Part shown: piece by piece, positions 39,752-48,165 of the stretch
Position numbering within the stretch: the first letter of the stretch is position 1
How the letters are laid out: the number at the start of each line of letters is the position of its first letter
Source of the DNA: Proteobacteria bacterium UBA5680
GTDB lineage: Bacteria > Pseudomonadota > Gammaproteobacteria > Arenicellales > UBA5680
Length of the DNA stretch: 64,000 nt
Reading direction: 5' to 3'
Assembly: GCA_002420425.1 (NCBI GenBank)
Contig: DIIC01000017.1
Coordinates: forward strand, 76,052-140,051
The notes under the pieces: generated by a model
Seen by the model: the letters and a program-made list of their open reading frames with translations, nothing else
The model's database searches: none
What the model was told of the DNA's origin: nothing
Translations under genes and position numbers: made by a program

Positions 39752-40880
39752 AGGGTATGTCTATCCCCAGTGAAAATGAGCCGTTCTCGTGGATGCTGTA
39801 TTCAGCACTCAATGAAGCCAGTCCGCTTGAGTCCGCCAGATTGAAAATTCCAAGAGAGCCGATTGAGAGCAGAGGGGTCAGGCTGGTATTGAGGCCGGCT
39901 GAAATATAGTCCTGGCCGAGGGTGAAGAGCTGCCCTCGACCCATTTTGGAGAGCAGTGGTTCGCTTGGATCAAAGATAAGAGCGTAATCTTTCAGCCCCA
40001 AACCACTATGGAAGTACTCTGCAAATCCGGTAACCACAGATTCTCCCCATCTCCAGGCGTGTTCGATATTGGCGACCAGTGAGGTATAGGTGGTGTCAAG
40101 TTCTGAGATCGTGGTGACCAGGTCAATACGCCATATGGCTTCTCCAATCGGCCCTACCAGGCCAAGGGCCAGTGTGGTATCAAGGTAGTCACGGGCAAGC
40201 ATGGTGGTGGTCTCCATAATATCACCATAGCCATGCCACTGAACCGCGACTGAGCTCAGGTCACTATCGATGGCATTTGACTCTGTTGAGCGTCTAGGGA
40301 TAACGACCAACTCAATATCATCACCCTGAGCCAGCAGGTGCTGCACATAGAGCATGTCAACGCCGGGTTTATATCGGGTATCTGTTGAGTTCGGTGCAAA
40401 TGGGTTAAAGAGGTCGGCAGGCCGGAAGACCCGTCCATTCCCCCATGTCAGAGATTGACGCCCAAGTCGAAAGATGGTGTTGTCCCCCGAATAACTCAGC
40501 AAAACTCGATCAAGCCTGTGTTCACTCTTCTCATTGGTTGTTGAACTGAGAGTATTGTCGAGGTCAAACCAGGGAAGCGTCTCTTGTTGGCTATAAGGGT
40601 TGGAGACTGAGACTGAGTCTCCATGACGGAGAGAGGCGAGATAGTGGACTGTCCCGCTCCAGGGTCCTTCGGAAAAGCCCTCAATCAGTCGCAGTGAGGC
40701 AGAGCGGTTTGATATTGAGGTACGGTCAGGGTAGAGGAAGGAGTTCTCATAAGGTCCGCTTGAACTTCCGTTTAACTGGAGCTCTCCCTTAAGAGGTTCG
40801 GTGCTGGCAAGCGCCGCACTCAACTGCAGAGTGAGGAGTGTGCTCCACACCAGTCTTGAAGAGAGTGCCGGTTTAAACAT
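39651..40880 (-). CDS. outer-membrane beta-barrel protein (alginate-export / DUF1302-like pattern)
   Basis: 409 aa. Signal peptide ending LSAALAS. Alternating beta pattern. Contains FRLGRQSLTWGNGRVFRPADLFNP. C-terminal aromatic residue (...LIWHF). Confidence 0.6.
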   Translation of the reverse strand: MFKPALSSRLVWSTLLTLQLSAALASTEPLKGELQLNGSSSGPYENSFLYPDRTSISNRSASLRLIEGFSEGPWSGTVHYLASLRHGDSVSVSNPYSQQETLPWFDLDNTLSSTTNEKSEHRLDRVLLSYSGDNTIFRLGRQSLTWGNGRVFRPADLFNPFAPNSTDTRYKPGVDMLYVQHLLAQGDDIELVVIPRRSTESNAIDSDLSSVAVQWHGYGDIMETTTMLARDYLDTTLALGLVGPIGEAIWRIDLVTTISELDTTYTSLVANIEHAWRWGESVVTGFAEYFHSGLGLKDYALIFDPSEPLLSKMGRGQLFTLGQDYISAGLNTSLTPLLSIGSLGIFNLADSSGLASLSAEYSIHENGSFSLGIDIPFGSDNTEYGGLEILPNQFLGPAPTLRGSLIWHF

Positions 40881-40890
40881 GGCTCTAGAC

Positions 40891-41583
40891 CTAATCCGCC
40901 TCTGTCACATCCGTGTCAATTCGTCCATCAACCATTCTAATCCTTCTGCGGGTAAGGTCAATAACGCGCTGATCATGGGTGGCAACAATAAAGGTGATCT
41001 GTTTGTTGCGGTTCAGTGACTCCATGAGGTTTAAGAGTTCTTCTGCCGTTGCTGAATCAAGATTTGCTGTGGGTTCATCCGCAAGGATGATAGCCGGCTC
41101 ACTGACGATCGCCCGGGCCACAGCAACACGTTGCTGTTGTCCGCCTGAAAGCTCGGCGGGGCGTCGATCGCCCAGGCCCTCCAGGCCGACTTCATTAAGA
41201 ATTGAAAGCGCCTGTTTTCGCCTGATGTCAGGGCTTATCCCCTGAAGCTGCATGATGAATTCAATATTCTCCAATGCGCTCAATACCGGAATCAGGTTGT
41301 AGGCTTGAAAGACAAAACCAATTTTATGCAGTCGGAGTTCAGCGAGATCTGCTTTTTTCATCTGGTCTACTCTGGATCCATCAACTGTAATCTCCCCAGA
41401 GGTGGGCCTGTCCAGTCCACCGATGAGGTTAAGCAGGGTGGTCTTGCCAGAACCGGATGGCCCTGAGAGACTGACAAACTCACCTTTTGTGACTTCAACT
41501 GTGACAGCCTGTACGGCATGCACTTCGACTTCATCCTGACCATAGGTTTTGGTGGCTGCATTACAGTGGACAATGGTAGTCAC
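40891..41583 (-). CDS. ABC transporter ATP-binding protein (LolD/MacB type)
   Basis: Walker A GPSGSGKTT, LSGGQQQRVAVARA, ILADEPTANLD. Confidence 0.9.
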   Translation of the reverse strand: MTTIVHCNAATKTYGQDEVEVHAVQAVTVEVTKGEFVSLSGPSGSGKTTLLNLIGGLDRPTSGEITVDGSRVDQMKKADLAELRLHKIGFVFQAYNLIPVLSALENIEFIMQLQGISPDIRRKQALSILNEVGLEGLGDRRPAELSGGQQQRVAVARAIVSEPAIILADEPTANLDSATAEELLNLMESLNRNKQITFIVATHDQRVIDLTRRRIRMVDGRIDTDVTEAD

Positions 41584-41592
41584 AGTTTCTCC

Positions 41593-42822
41593 TCAATAGG
41601 ACTGGTTGATGGTGGTGACAGGTACTCGGCGGGCTGCTCTCCAGGCGGGCCAGAGACAGGAGAGAATTCCCATAATCCAGACGAAGGATGAGATGGCAAA
41701 TATGATAATCAGATCAAGTTTGGGATAGAGCACTCTCCCGGAGCCAAAAAGATCGGCCCCTGCCGCAAGAGGACCGAGGTCGAGGCCGTTCGTAAAGGCG
41801 TAAATACTCAATATGCTGATCACCATCCCAACAACTACCCCAATCCCCACCATGAAGGCGGCTTCCAGCAGTACCTGGGAGAGAATGAGCCTGGGTTTCA
41901 TGCCCAGCGCCTGGAGCAGGCCGAATTCTCGGGTACGCTCATAGACGGCCATCAGCAGGGTGTTGACCATCCCAAAGGCGATAATAATAAACATAATGAC
42001 GGTCCAGACACCGATCATTGCTGCTGACATCTCCTGCATGGTTTGGGCCAAGGGCTGGAGGTCACTCCAGGTGGATACATCAAGATCTGAAAATACCTGC
42101 TTTAACCGATCAACCTCGCTCTGGACCTCTTCCGGGTTATAAAGGGTGAAGGCGACCTCATGGACAGCATCTTTGATGTCGAGGAGGGATTGGGCTTTTT
42201 GCAGGGTAATGAAGACAAAGCCGAGCTCAATCTCCTCCAAAGAGGCATCAAAGAGTCCAACTACCCTGAGGCCGGATTCTGCTATCTCTCCGCTGCTGTT
42301 CTGGCTGAGGATGACCACCCGCTTTCCGATTCGGGTGTGGAGTCGTTCAGCAAGTCGACGGCCAAGAACAATTTCGGCAGTGTGTCCCTCTTTGGGCTGG
42401 CGGCCACTTGAGAGTTCATTGCCATAGAAGGAGAGGTCAACCTCTCTGGCGGGGTCAAGGCCTATAAGGGTAATCGGAGCACTCTCTCTCTCGCTTCGGA
42501 CAATCCCAGGGACACGGACACGACGGTTCCAGGCCTTAATTTGGGGTGATTCCATGGCCTCATCCAGAGAGGCTGGCGGAAGTGAGAAACGATACTCAAC
42601 ACTGGGATCATCGAGATAGCCCTGCTGGTGTATCTGGCCGTGGCCGGTGAGGTTGTTGGTTGCTTCATGGACAACACTCCCCACCCAGGCATCCATAAAA
42701 GCGGCGAGGGTGATCATTGACCAGACGCCAACAGCGATCGCGGCAAAGGTAATCAGGGTGCGCCGGCTGTTGCGCCACAAACTTCGCCAGGCGATGGGGA
42801 TAATCAGGGTTTTTTGTGTCAT
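41593..42822 (-). CDS. ABC transporter permease, FtsX/MacB-LolC type
   Basis: 409 aa. TM1, a large periplasmic domain, then three C-terminal TMs containing ERTREFGLLQALGMKP. Confidence 0.85.
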   Translation of the reverse strand: MTQKTLIIPIAWRSLWRNSRRTLITFAAIAVGVWSMITLAAFMDAWVGSVVHEATNNLTGHGQIHQQGYLDDPSVEYRFSLPPASLDEAMESPQIKAWNRRVRVPGIVRSERESAPITLIGLDPAREVDLSFYGNELSSGRQPKEGHTAEIVLGRRLAERLHTRIGKRVVILSQNSSGEIAESGLRVVGLFDASLEEIELGFVFITLQKAQSLLDIKDAVHEVAFTLYNPEEVQSEVDRLKQVFSDLDVSTWSDLQPLAQTMQEMSAAMIGVWTVIMFIIIAFGMVNTLLMAVYERTREFGLLQALGMKPRLILSQVLLEAAFMVGIGVVVGMVISILSIYAFTNGLDLGPLAAGADLFGSGRVLYPKLDLIIIFAISSFVWIMGILSCLWPAWRAARRVPVTTINQSY

Positions 42823-42835
42823 TGTCTCTCCAGCC

Positions 42836-44059
42836 CTAGATTTTGCGCATCGCCATTACCGGCTCAAGGCGACGAATACGGAGAATGGGATAGAGGCCGG
42901 CCAGAGCGATAGAGAGGCTGATAAAGAGAGGGCCGGCGAAGAGCGTGAACGGGTGGATGATCGGATAGATTGATCCGGACATGCCAAATTCCGCCATCAT
43001 CTCCTCCATCGCCTCAAAGTAGATTCCCGTCTGGTGGTAGTACTCGGAGATCGCATAGCCAAAGAGCAGGCCGGTCAGCACGCCAAAGAGGATGAGCATC
43101 AGGGTCTCTACCCAGACTACCTTTCCAAGGATTGCTGGTTTCATCCCCAGGGCCATCAGCATCCCAAACTCTCGAGTACGCTCAAGGACTGACATCAGCA
43201 GGCTATTGAGCAGGCTGAAGGTGACAACGATGATAAGGACAACATAGATCAGCAAAGCGGATGACATATCAAGCAGGATCGCCTGTAAAATAGGGGGCTG
43301 GAGTTCAGTCCAGTCAAGGACGACCAGGTTCGAGTCGCTATCGAGGAGAGCGAGGATGTTTTCCTTCTCCTCCTGCAGGGCGATCGCTGAAGCACCCGAG
43401 AGGACGATAGAGTGAGCCTGATCCGGGATTGAAAAGGTCTCTTGAAAACGGGTCAGCGGCATTTCAGCAAACCGGCGATCGATTTCGGGAATACCGGACT
43501 TAAAGAGGCCAATGATCTGGAGGGAGTCTACCGCCATTGATCCGTTAAGCCCCGTACCCAGCAGGGTGACAGCATCTCCCACTTTGAGCCCAAGGTTTTG
43601 TGCCAGACGTTGGCCAAGAATGATCTCGTTATCAGCCCCCTGGGAGAAAAAACGACCTTCGACGATCTTCTTGGGAACTGTGGAGAGTCCGGGTTCATGC
43701 TCGGGTTGAACGCCAATAATCATCGCCCCAAAGCTACGGGTCGGTGAACTCAGCAGCCCGAACCCGTTCGCCCGCCCCCCTGCATGTTTGACTTTAGGGT
43801 TTTGGATGATTTTGCTAAGGAGGTTATTGGGATTGTCTATCGTCTTGCGGATAGAGGGATCCTTTTTATAGCCCTTGACCTGTATCTGGAGATGGCCGTC
43901 AAAGAGGGCCATCGAACTCTCGATCATGCCGAGATAGCCGCCAAACTGGAAGGAGAGCATGAAGACCATCAAAGTGGTGGTCAGAGCGATGGCCAGTGTG
44001 CTCAGAATGGTCCGGCGGGGTTGACGCCAAAGATTGCGCCTTGCCAGGGCAAAGATCAT
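42836..44059 (-). CDS. ABC transporter permease, FtsX/MacB-LolE type (paralogue of the previous gene)
   Basis: 407 aa. Same topology, with ERTREFGMLMALGMKP. Overlaps the upstream gene by 4 nt. Confidence 0.85.
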   Translation of the reverse strand: MIFALARRNLWRQPRRTILSTLAIALTTTLMVFMLSFQFGGYLGMIESSMALFDGHLQIQVKGYKKDPSIRKTIDNPNNLLSKIIQNPKVKHAGGRANGFGLLSSPTRSFGAMIIGVQPEHEPGLSTVPKKIVEGRFFSQGADNEIILGQRLAQNLGLKVGDAVTLLGTGLNGSMAVDSLQIIGLFKSGIPEIDRRFAEMPLTRFQETFSIPDQAHSIVLSGASAIALQEEKENILALLDSDSNLVVLDWTELQPPILQAILLDMSSALLIYVVLIIVVTFSLLNSLLMSVLERTREFGMLMALGMKPAILGKVVWVETLMLILFGVLTGLLFGYAISEYYHQTGIYFEAMEEMMAEFGMSGSIYPIIHPFTLFAGPLFISLSIALAGLYPILRIRRLEPVMAMRKI

Positions 44060-44880
44060 GGTGCCGACCAGGGTCTTGGGTTGCGAAGATTGGATAGGGT
44101 AAAGAGATAACCGGGCAGAGGAATATCAAATCCCCCTTCATGAACTCGTATTTGAGTCCAATGGTCTTCCTCTTCAAGACTGATCATGCGCATCTCAACA
44201 GGGTAGAGCCGTCCACCGAGTAAAGATATGTCGGTAGTGACCATACGTTTTACCGGCACCATATCCTGATCATAGAAGGTCTGCTCAAGAATAATGAAGT
44301 CTTCACGGATAACAATCGTTTGCTTTCCCCACACTACCGGGGATTCGGCCTTGGGAATGGATTCAATGGTATAGAGAGTATGTCCATCCTGGTTTGAGAT
44401 GTCGGTGACAAGATGATCAAAGTTCTGAATGATCTTATCTGATCGAGAGAGGTCGTTATAAGAGAAATCAGATCCCATCCAGGATTGGGACAGCATGCTT
44501 GCCGGCAGTTTGATCACCTGATTGATCTTTGGGGTAAAGATCCACATCCCCTTGTCTAAAGTGAGGGTGGCATTGCCCGCATCCTTTGAGGGTGCTGTGA
44601 AGCGGCCAAGGAAATCTTTCTTTCCCCGGGTCCAGGTCTGGAGTGTGAGTGAGCGCTCCCAGTCAGGACGGTGGACCACCATCTCGGTGACGGAGTAGGA
44701 GTAGTCGGAGCGCCATTGGTCGAGGGTGCCCTCAATCAGTTGCAGCGCCTTCTCTTCATTTGCTTGTGCGATAGAGGTAAAGCAGAAGAGGGCCAGAAAA
44801 ATCAGGGCATAGAATCGATTTTCGAAAAAGCGTCTATACCACGCAGCAGAGAACCTGTTCATCAGTAAATTGTATATCAA
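44056..44880 (-). CDS. periplasmic LolA-like (outer membrane lipoprotein-sorting family) protein
   Basis: 274 aa. Signal peptide ending FTSIAQA. The pattern TLDKGMWIFTPKINQVIKLPASMLSQSWMGSDFSYNDL is typical of the LolA_like family found next to FtsX-type ABC systems. Confidence 0.65.
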   Translation of the reverse strand: MIYNLLMNRFSAAWYRRFFENRFYALIFLALFCFTSIAQANEEKALQLIEGTLDQWRSDYSYSVTEMVVHRPDWERSLTLQTWTRGKKDFLGRFTAPSKDAGNATLTLDKGMWIFTPKINQVIKLPASMLSQSWMGSDFSYNDLSRSDKIIQNFDHLVTDISNQDGHTLYTIESIPKAESPVVWGKQTIVIREDFIILEQTFYDQDMVPVKRMVTTDISLLGGRLYPVEMRMISLEEEDHWTQIRVHEGGFDIPLPGYLFTLSNLRNPRPWSAP

Positions 44881-44989
44881 CGGCGGTTAAAACAAAATTA
44901 ACAAGTGAAGCAAGGGTGTTCGACTATCTTCCTTCTGGTTGCCGACGCCAGAGAGCAGTCGGCAGAGAGAGCAGAATAATCAGAGAGGG

Positions 44990-45172
44990 TTACTCTTCCC
45001 TATGACACTTTCCATTGATGCAGGAACAACTCTCGCCGCACCCCTCGCCCTCTTCTTTGTGAATACCAAGTTCTGGGTGGCGCTTTGAGAAGTTGCGTGT
45101 GATCGACTGCACCATCAGCCATGCAAACAACAGGACGAGGATGATTAAAGCAGCAGTGATCACTTTTAACAT
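44990..45172 (-). CDS. single-TM Cys-rich mini-protein (NqrM-like / FeoB-associated Cys-rich type)
   Basis: 60 aa. Reads MLKVITAALIILVLLFAWLMV...EGEGCGESCSCINGKCHREE. Starts 3 nt after the rnfA stop. Confidence 0.6.
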   Translation of the reverse strand: MLKVITAALIILVLLFAWLMVQSITRNFSKRHPELGIHKEEGEGCGESCSCINGKCHREE

Positions 45173-45175
45173 AGG

Positions 45176-45757
45176 TTAACTCCCGAGCCCGGCAAAACCC
45201 ATGAACGAGAGCGAGAGCAGGCCGGCGAGCATAAGGCTGAGGACGGCCCCCTGGCTGACATCGGGAACAAAAGAGAGATCAAGGCGTTCCCGCAGCCCAG
45301 CCATCAGCATAATGGCAAGGGCGAACCCACCGCCAGCGCCCAGACTGTAGACCAGAGATTGAAGAAATGAGTAGTCGCGGAAAGTCTGGAAGAGGGCTAG
45401 TCCAAGAATGGCGCAGTTGGTGGTGATCAGGGGAAGAAATATCCCCAGCGCCCTAAAGAGGGTAGGGCTGAATTTTTTCATCACCATCTCAACCAGTTGC
45501 ACCGCAGAGGCGATGACCGCAATGTAGGCGATCAGCCTGAGGTACTCCATGTCGAGTGCTACCAGCAGAATATTGAGACCAAAGGCACACAGTGAACTGA
45601 CAAACATGACAAAGGTGGTGGCCAGTCCCATATTCCAGGCAGTATTGAGTTTCGCCGATACGCCGAGGAAGGGACAGATTCCAAGGAAGAGGCTGAGCAC
45701 AAAATTATTGATAATGAGTGCATTGAGAAAGATAAATGTCAGGGAGTCAGTGCTCAT
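45176..45757 (-). CDS. rnfA: Rnf complex subunit A
   Basis: Reads MSTDSLTFIFLNALIINNFVLSLFLGICPFLGVS...LITTNCAILG. ATG at 45757, preceded by an AAGGAGG SD. The ORF is open to 45847. Confidence 0.9.
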   Translation of the reverse strand: MSTDSLTFIFLNALIINNFVLSLFLGICPFLGVSAKLNTAWNMGLATTFVMFVSSLCAFGLNILLVALDMEYLRLIAYIAVIASAVQLVEMVMKKFSPTLFRALGIFLPLITTNCAILGLALFQTFRDYSFLQSLVYSLGAGGGFALAIMLMAGLRERLDLSFVPDVSQGAVLSLMLAGLLSLSFMGFAGLGS

Positions 45758-46409
45758 GGTAACCCGCCTCCTTCTCTTGAGATGTTGGTTTCCCTTCCTT
45801 GCGCAAGCGCATCCAGGAGAAGAGGAGCAACCAGGTTCCAAGCACAAAGAAACCGCCCGGCGGAAGTATCATGATTGCCCAGGGTTGGAACGAGTCGCCG
45901 AAGATATTGATGCCGAAGAGGGCGCCGCTTCCAAGAAGTTCACGAACCAGCCCCAGACAGAGCAGAGCGATAGTAAAGCCAAGACCCGTTCCCAGCGCGT
46001 TGATGATGGCTTTCGAAGGGCGGTGCTTTGAAGCATAGGATTCTGCCCGGCCCAGGATAATGCAGTTGACCACGATCAGTTGAATAAAGGCACCCAGTGC
46101 CCGGTAGAGTTCGAGACTGATCGCCTGTATGACGTAGTCGACGATGGTAACAAAAGTGGCGATGATGACAATATAGGTGGCGATGCGCACCTGTTTTGGA
46201 ATTCGATGGCGCAACAGAGAGACCAGAATACTGGAGCATACCAGGACGAAGGTGGTGGCAATGCCCATGGCGAGGGCATTGGCCCCTGAGTTGGTAACGG
46301 CCAGAACCGGACACATTCCAAGGAGCATCACGAAGACGGGGTTCTCTTCCCAGATGCCACGGGTAAAGGTCTCGAGGGTGATCGGCTTATTGGGATGCAG
46401 ATCGACCAT
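45747..46409 (-). CDS. rnfE: Rnf complex subunit E
   Basis: 220 aa. Reads NPVFVMLLGMCPVLAVT...IQLIVVNCIILGRAE. Confidence 0.9.
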   Translation of the reverse strand: MVDLHPNKPITLETFTRGIWEENPVFVMLLGMCPVLAVTNSGANALAMGIATTFVLVCSSILVSLLRHRIPKQVRIATYIVIIATFVTIVDYVIQAISLELYRALGAFIQLIVVNCIILGRAESYASKHRPSKAIINALGTGLGFTIALLCLGLVRELLGSGALFGINIFGDSFQPWAIMILPPGGFFVLGTWLLLFSWMRLRKEGKPTSQEKEAGYHEH

Positions 46410-47089
46410 TATGATTCTTCCTGAGTCAGTTTTTGCAGTTGTTGCATAATCAGTGGGAATGTTTTTTGGGCACTGTTGTTTAACATCCGCCCGATTGCCT
46501 TTGAGGAGACGGTTGCACCTGAAATGGCATCAATCTCCCATGGGTTTGATTTCTTGCCATGCTTAACGGTGACAATCTCGTTATTGAGTCGTTCTCCGGT
46601 GGCATTGAGTCGGCCATCAAGCGCTTCAAAGTTGACAAGAAATTCGGGATCAGTCTCAATTTTATCTCCAAGCCCGGGCGTCTCCTTGCTTTCAAGAACT
46701 GTGATTCCGGTAATACAGCTGCACTTTGGTGAGTAGCCGTAGAGTATTCTTATAATATCCTGATAGCCCTGTGCTGATGCCTCTAGAGCGACACCTGTGA
46801 GCTTCCCTGATAGATCATATCCCGCGTAGACTCTTGGGCCGTCCGTCTGCTGGTCATCAATCCGTTCAAGCCCTTCTGCAGTGAGTGCAAAGTTGATTCT
46901 CGAACGCGCTCCGGGGAGGACGGTAAAGATGGCACGTTCAAGCGCTATCCGGCGGTTTTCCAAAATGGCCGGCAGAGTGAGCTGATAGACAAGAACAACC
47001 AGTACGCCTGAGATCAGGGCAACAACACCAAGGGTTGCTATCAGTGAGAGCGCTGACGGCTGGGTAGAGTGTGGGGAGGGTGAATTCAC
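46409..47089 (-). CDS. rnfG: Rnf complex subunit G (FMN-binding)
   Basis: 226 aa. N-terminal TM. Flavinylation motif DAISGATVSSKA. Confidence 0.88.
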   Translation of the reverse strand: MNSPSPHSTQPSALSLIATLGVVALISGVLVVLVYQLTLPAILENRRIALERAIFTVLPGARSRINFALTAEGLERIDDQQTDGPRVYAGYDLSGKLTGVALEASAQGYQDIIRILYGYSPKCSCITGITVLESKETPGLGDKIETDPEFLVNFEALDGRLNATGERLNNEIVTVKHGKKSNPWEIDAISGATVSSKAIGRMLNNSAQKTFPLIMQQLQKLTQEES

Positions 47090-48165
47090 GATTCCTCTTT
47101 TTGCCGACGATTGAACAGCGATCTTCGCTCTTTACCATAGGCTCTTGGCTGGGTAAGCGATGCAATGAGAGGGGAGGCGGCATTACCCAGCAGAATCGCA
47201 TACATAATGCCTTCAGGGAGGCCACCGAAGAAGCGGATAGTGACGGTGAGCACTCCTATCAGAATGGCATAACTCCACACCCCCAGAGGAGTAAGCGGTG
47301 AAGCCACCATGTCTGTGGCCATAAAGATAGCGCCGAGCATCATTCCGCCTGAAAGAAGAGTAAACAGTGGGGGGGGATAGAGATCGGGGTTGATCAGATA
47401 GAAGAGTGCGCTAAAAAGGGCAGAAGAGAGAAGGATGCCGACAGGAATACGCCAGTCAAGCATTTTTCGAAAAGCAAGATAGAGGCCGCAGGCCATGATC
47501 AACAGCGCAGAGGACTCTCCTGCCGAACCTGAGGTCATTCCCATCAGTAGGTCTATCGTGCTGGTCTGGATCTGTTCAAATTTTTGGAGTGCAAGGGGTG
47601 TGGCGCCAGTGAAACCGTCAATGGCATTGGCGTTGATCCACTCTGCGGGAGAGATGGGCTTGAGAAAAGGCAGGGTCAAAGTGGAGGGGACAAACTCACT
47701 AAACCGGCCGGGGATGAATGCAGGGGTCCAGGTGGTGATGGCTACAGGAAATGCAGCCTGGACAAAGGCACGGCCTACCAGTGCCGGGTTGAGGATGTTG
47801 TATCCCAGGCCGCCAAAGATGACTTTACCCAGTGCGATGGCAATAAACCCGGCAACGGCTGCCATCCAGAGTGGAAAACCCGGGGGCAGGGTGAGGGCGA
47901 GGAGAAGGCCTGTAATCACCGCACTGAAGTCATGCAGTGATGAAGCCCGGTCGCTCACTCTCATAAAGAGATGTTCAGTGGCAAGGCAACTGGCTGTGGT
48001 AACAACAATAAGCGCAAGCGCACTCAAACCAAACTGATAGATGCCAAACAGCGAGATTGGCACAAGGGCATAGACCACATTACGCATGATTTGAGAGACA
48101 CTCGGCGCATAGTGAATATGGGGAGAAGTGCGTATCTCAACACGAGCATTTAGGCGTTTTTTCAT
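47086..48165 (-). CDS. rnfD: Rnf complex subunit D
   Basis: 359 aa, polytopic. Contains DGFTGATPL and the NqrB/RnfD pattern. Confidence 0.9.
   Translation of the reverse strand: MKKRLNARVEIRTSPHIHYAPSVSQIMRNVVYALVPISLFGIYQFGLSALALIVVTTASCLATEHLFMRVSDRASSLHDFSAVITGLLLALTLPPGFPLWMAAVAGFIAIALGKVIFGGLGYNILNPALVGRAFVQAAFPVAITTWTPAFIPGRFSEFVPSTLTLPFLKPISPAEWINANAIDGFTGATPLALQKFEQIQTSTIDLLMGMTSGSAGESSALLIMACGLYLAFRKMLDWRIPVGILLSSALFSALFYLINPDLYPPPLFTLLSGGMMLGAIFMATDMVASPLTPLGVWSYAILIGVLTVTIRFFGGLPEGIMYAILLGNAASPLIASLTQPRAYGKERRSLFNRRQKEES

Noticed and set aside
47495-48037. 180-aa plus-strand ORF. Other antisense ORFs of the same kind lie at 12233-12715, 1349-1867, 5990-6400 and 58762-59340.
   Set aside because: Each is antisense to a gene with clear family motifs (rnfD, the MFS transporter, pheS, modC, fdsA). 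None has motifs or plausible start contexts of its own.
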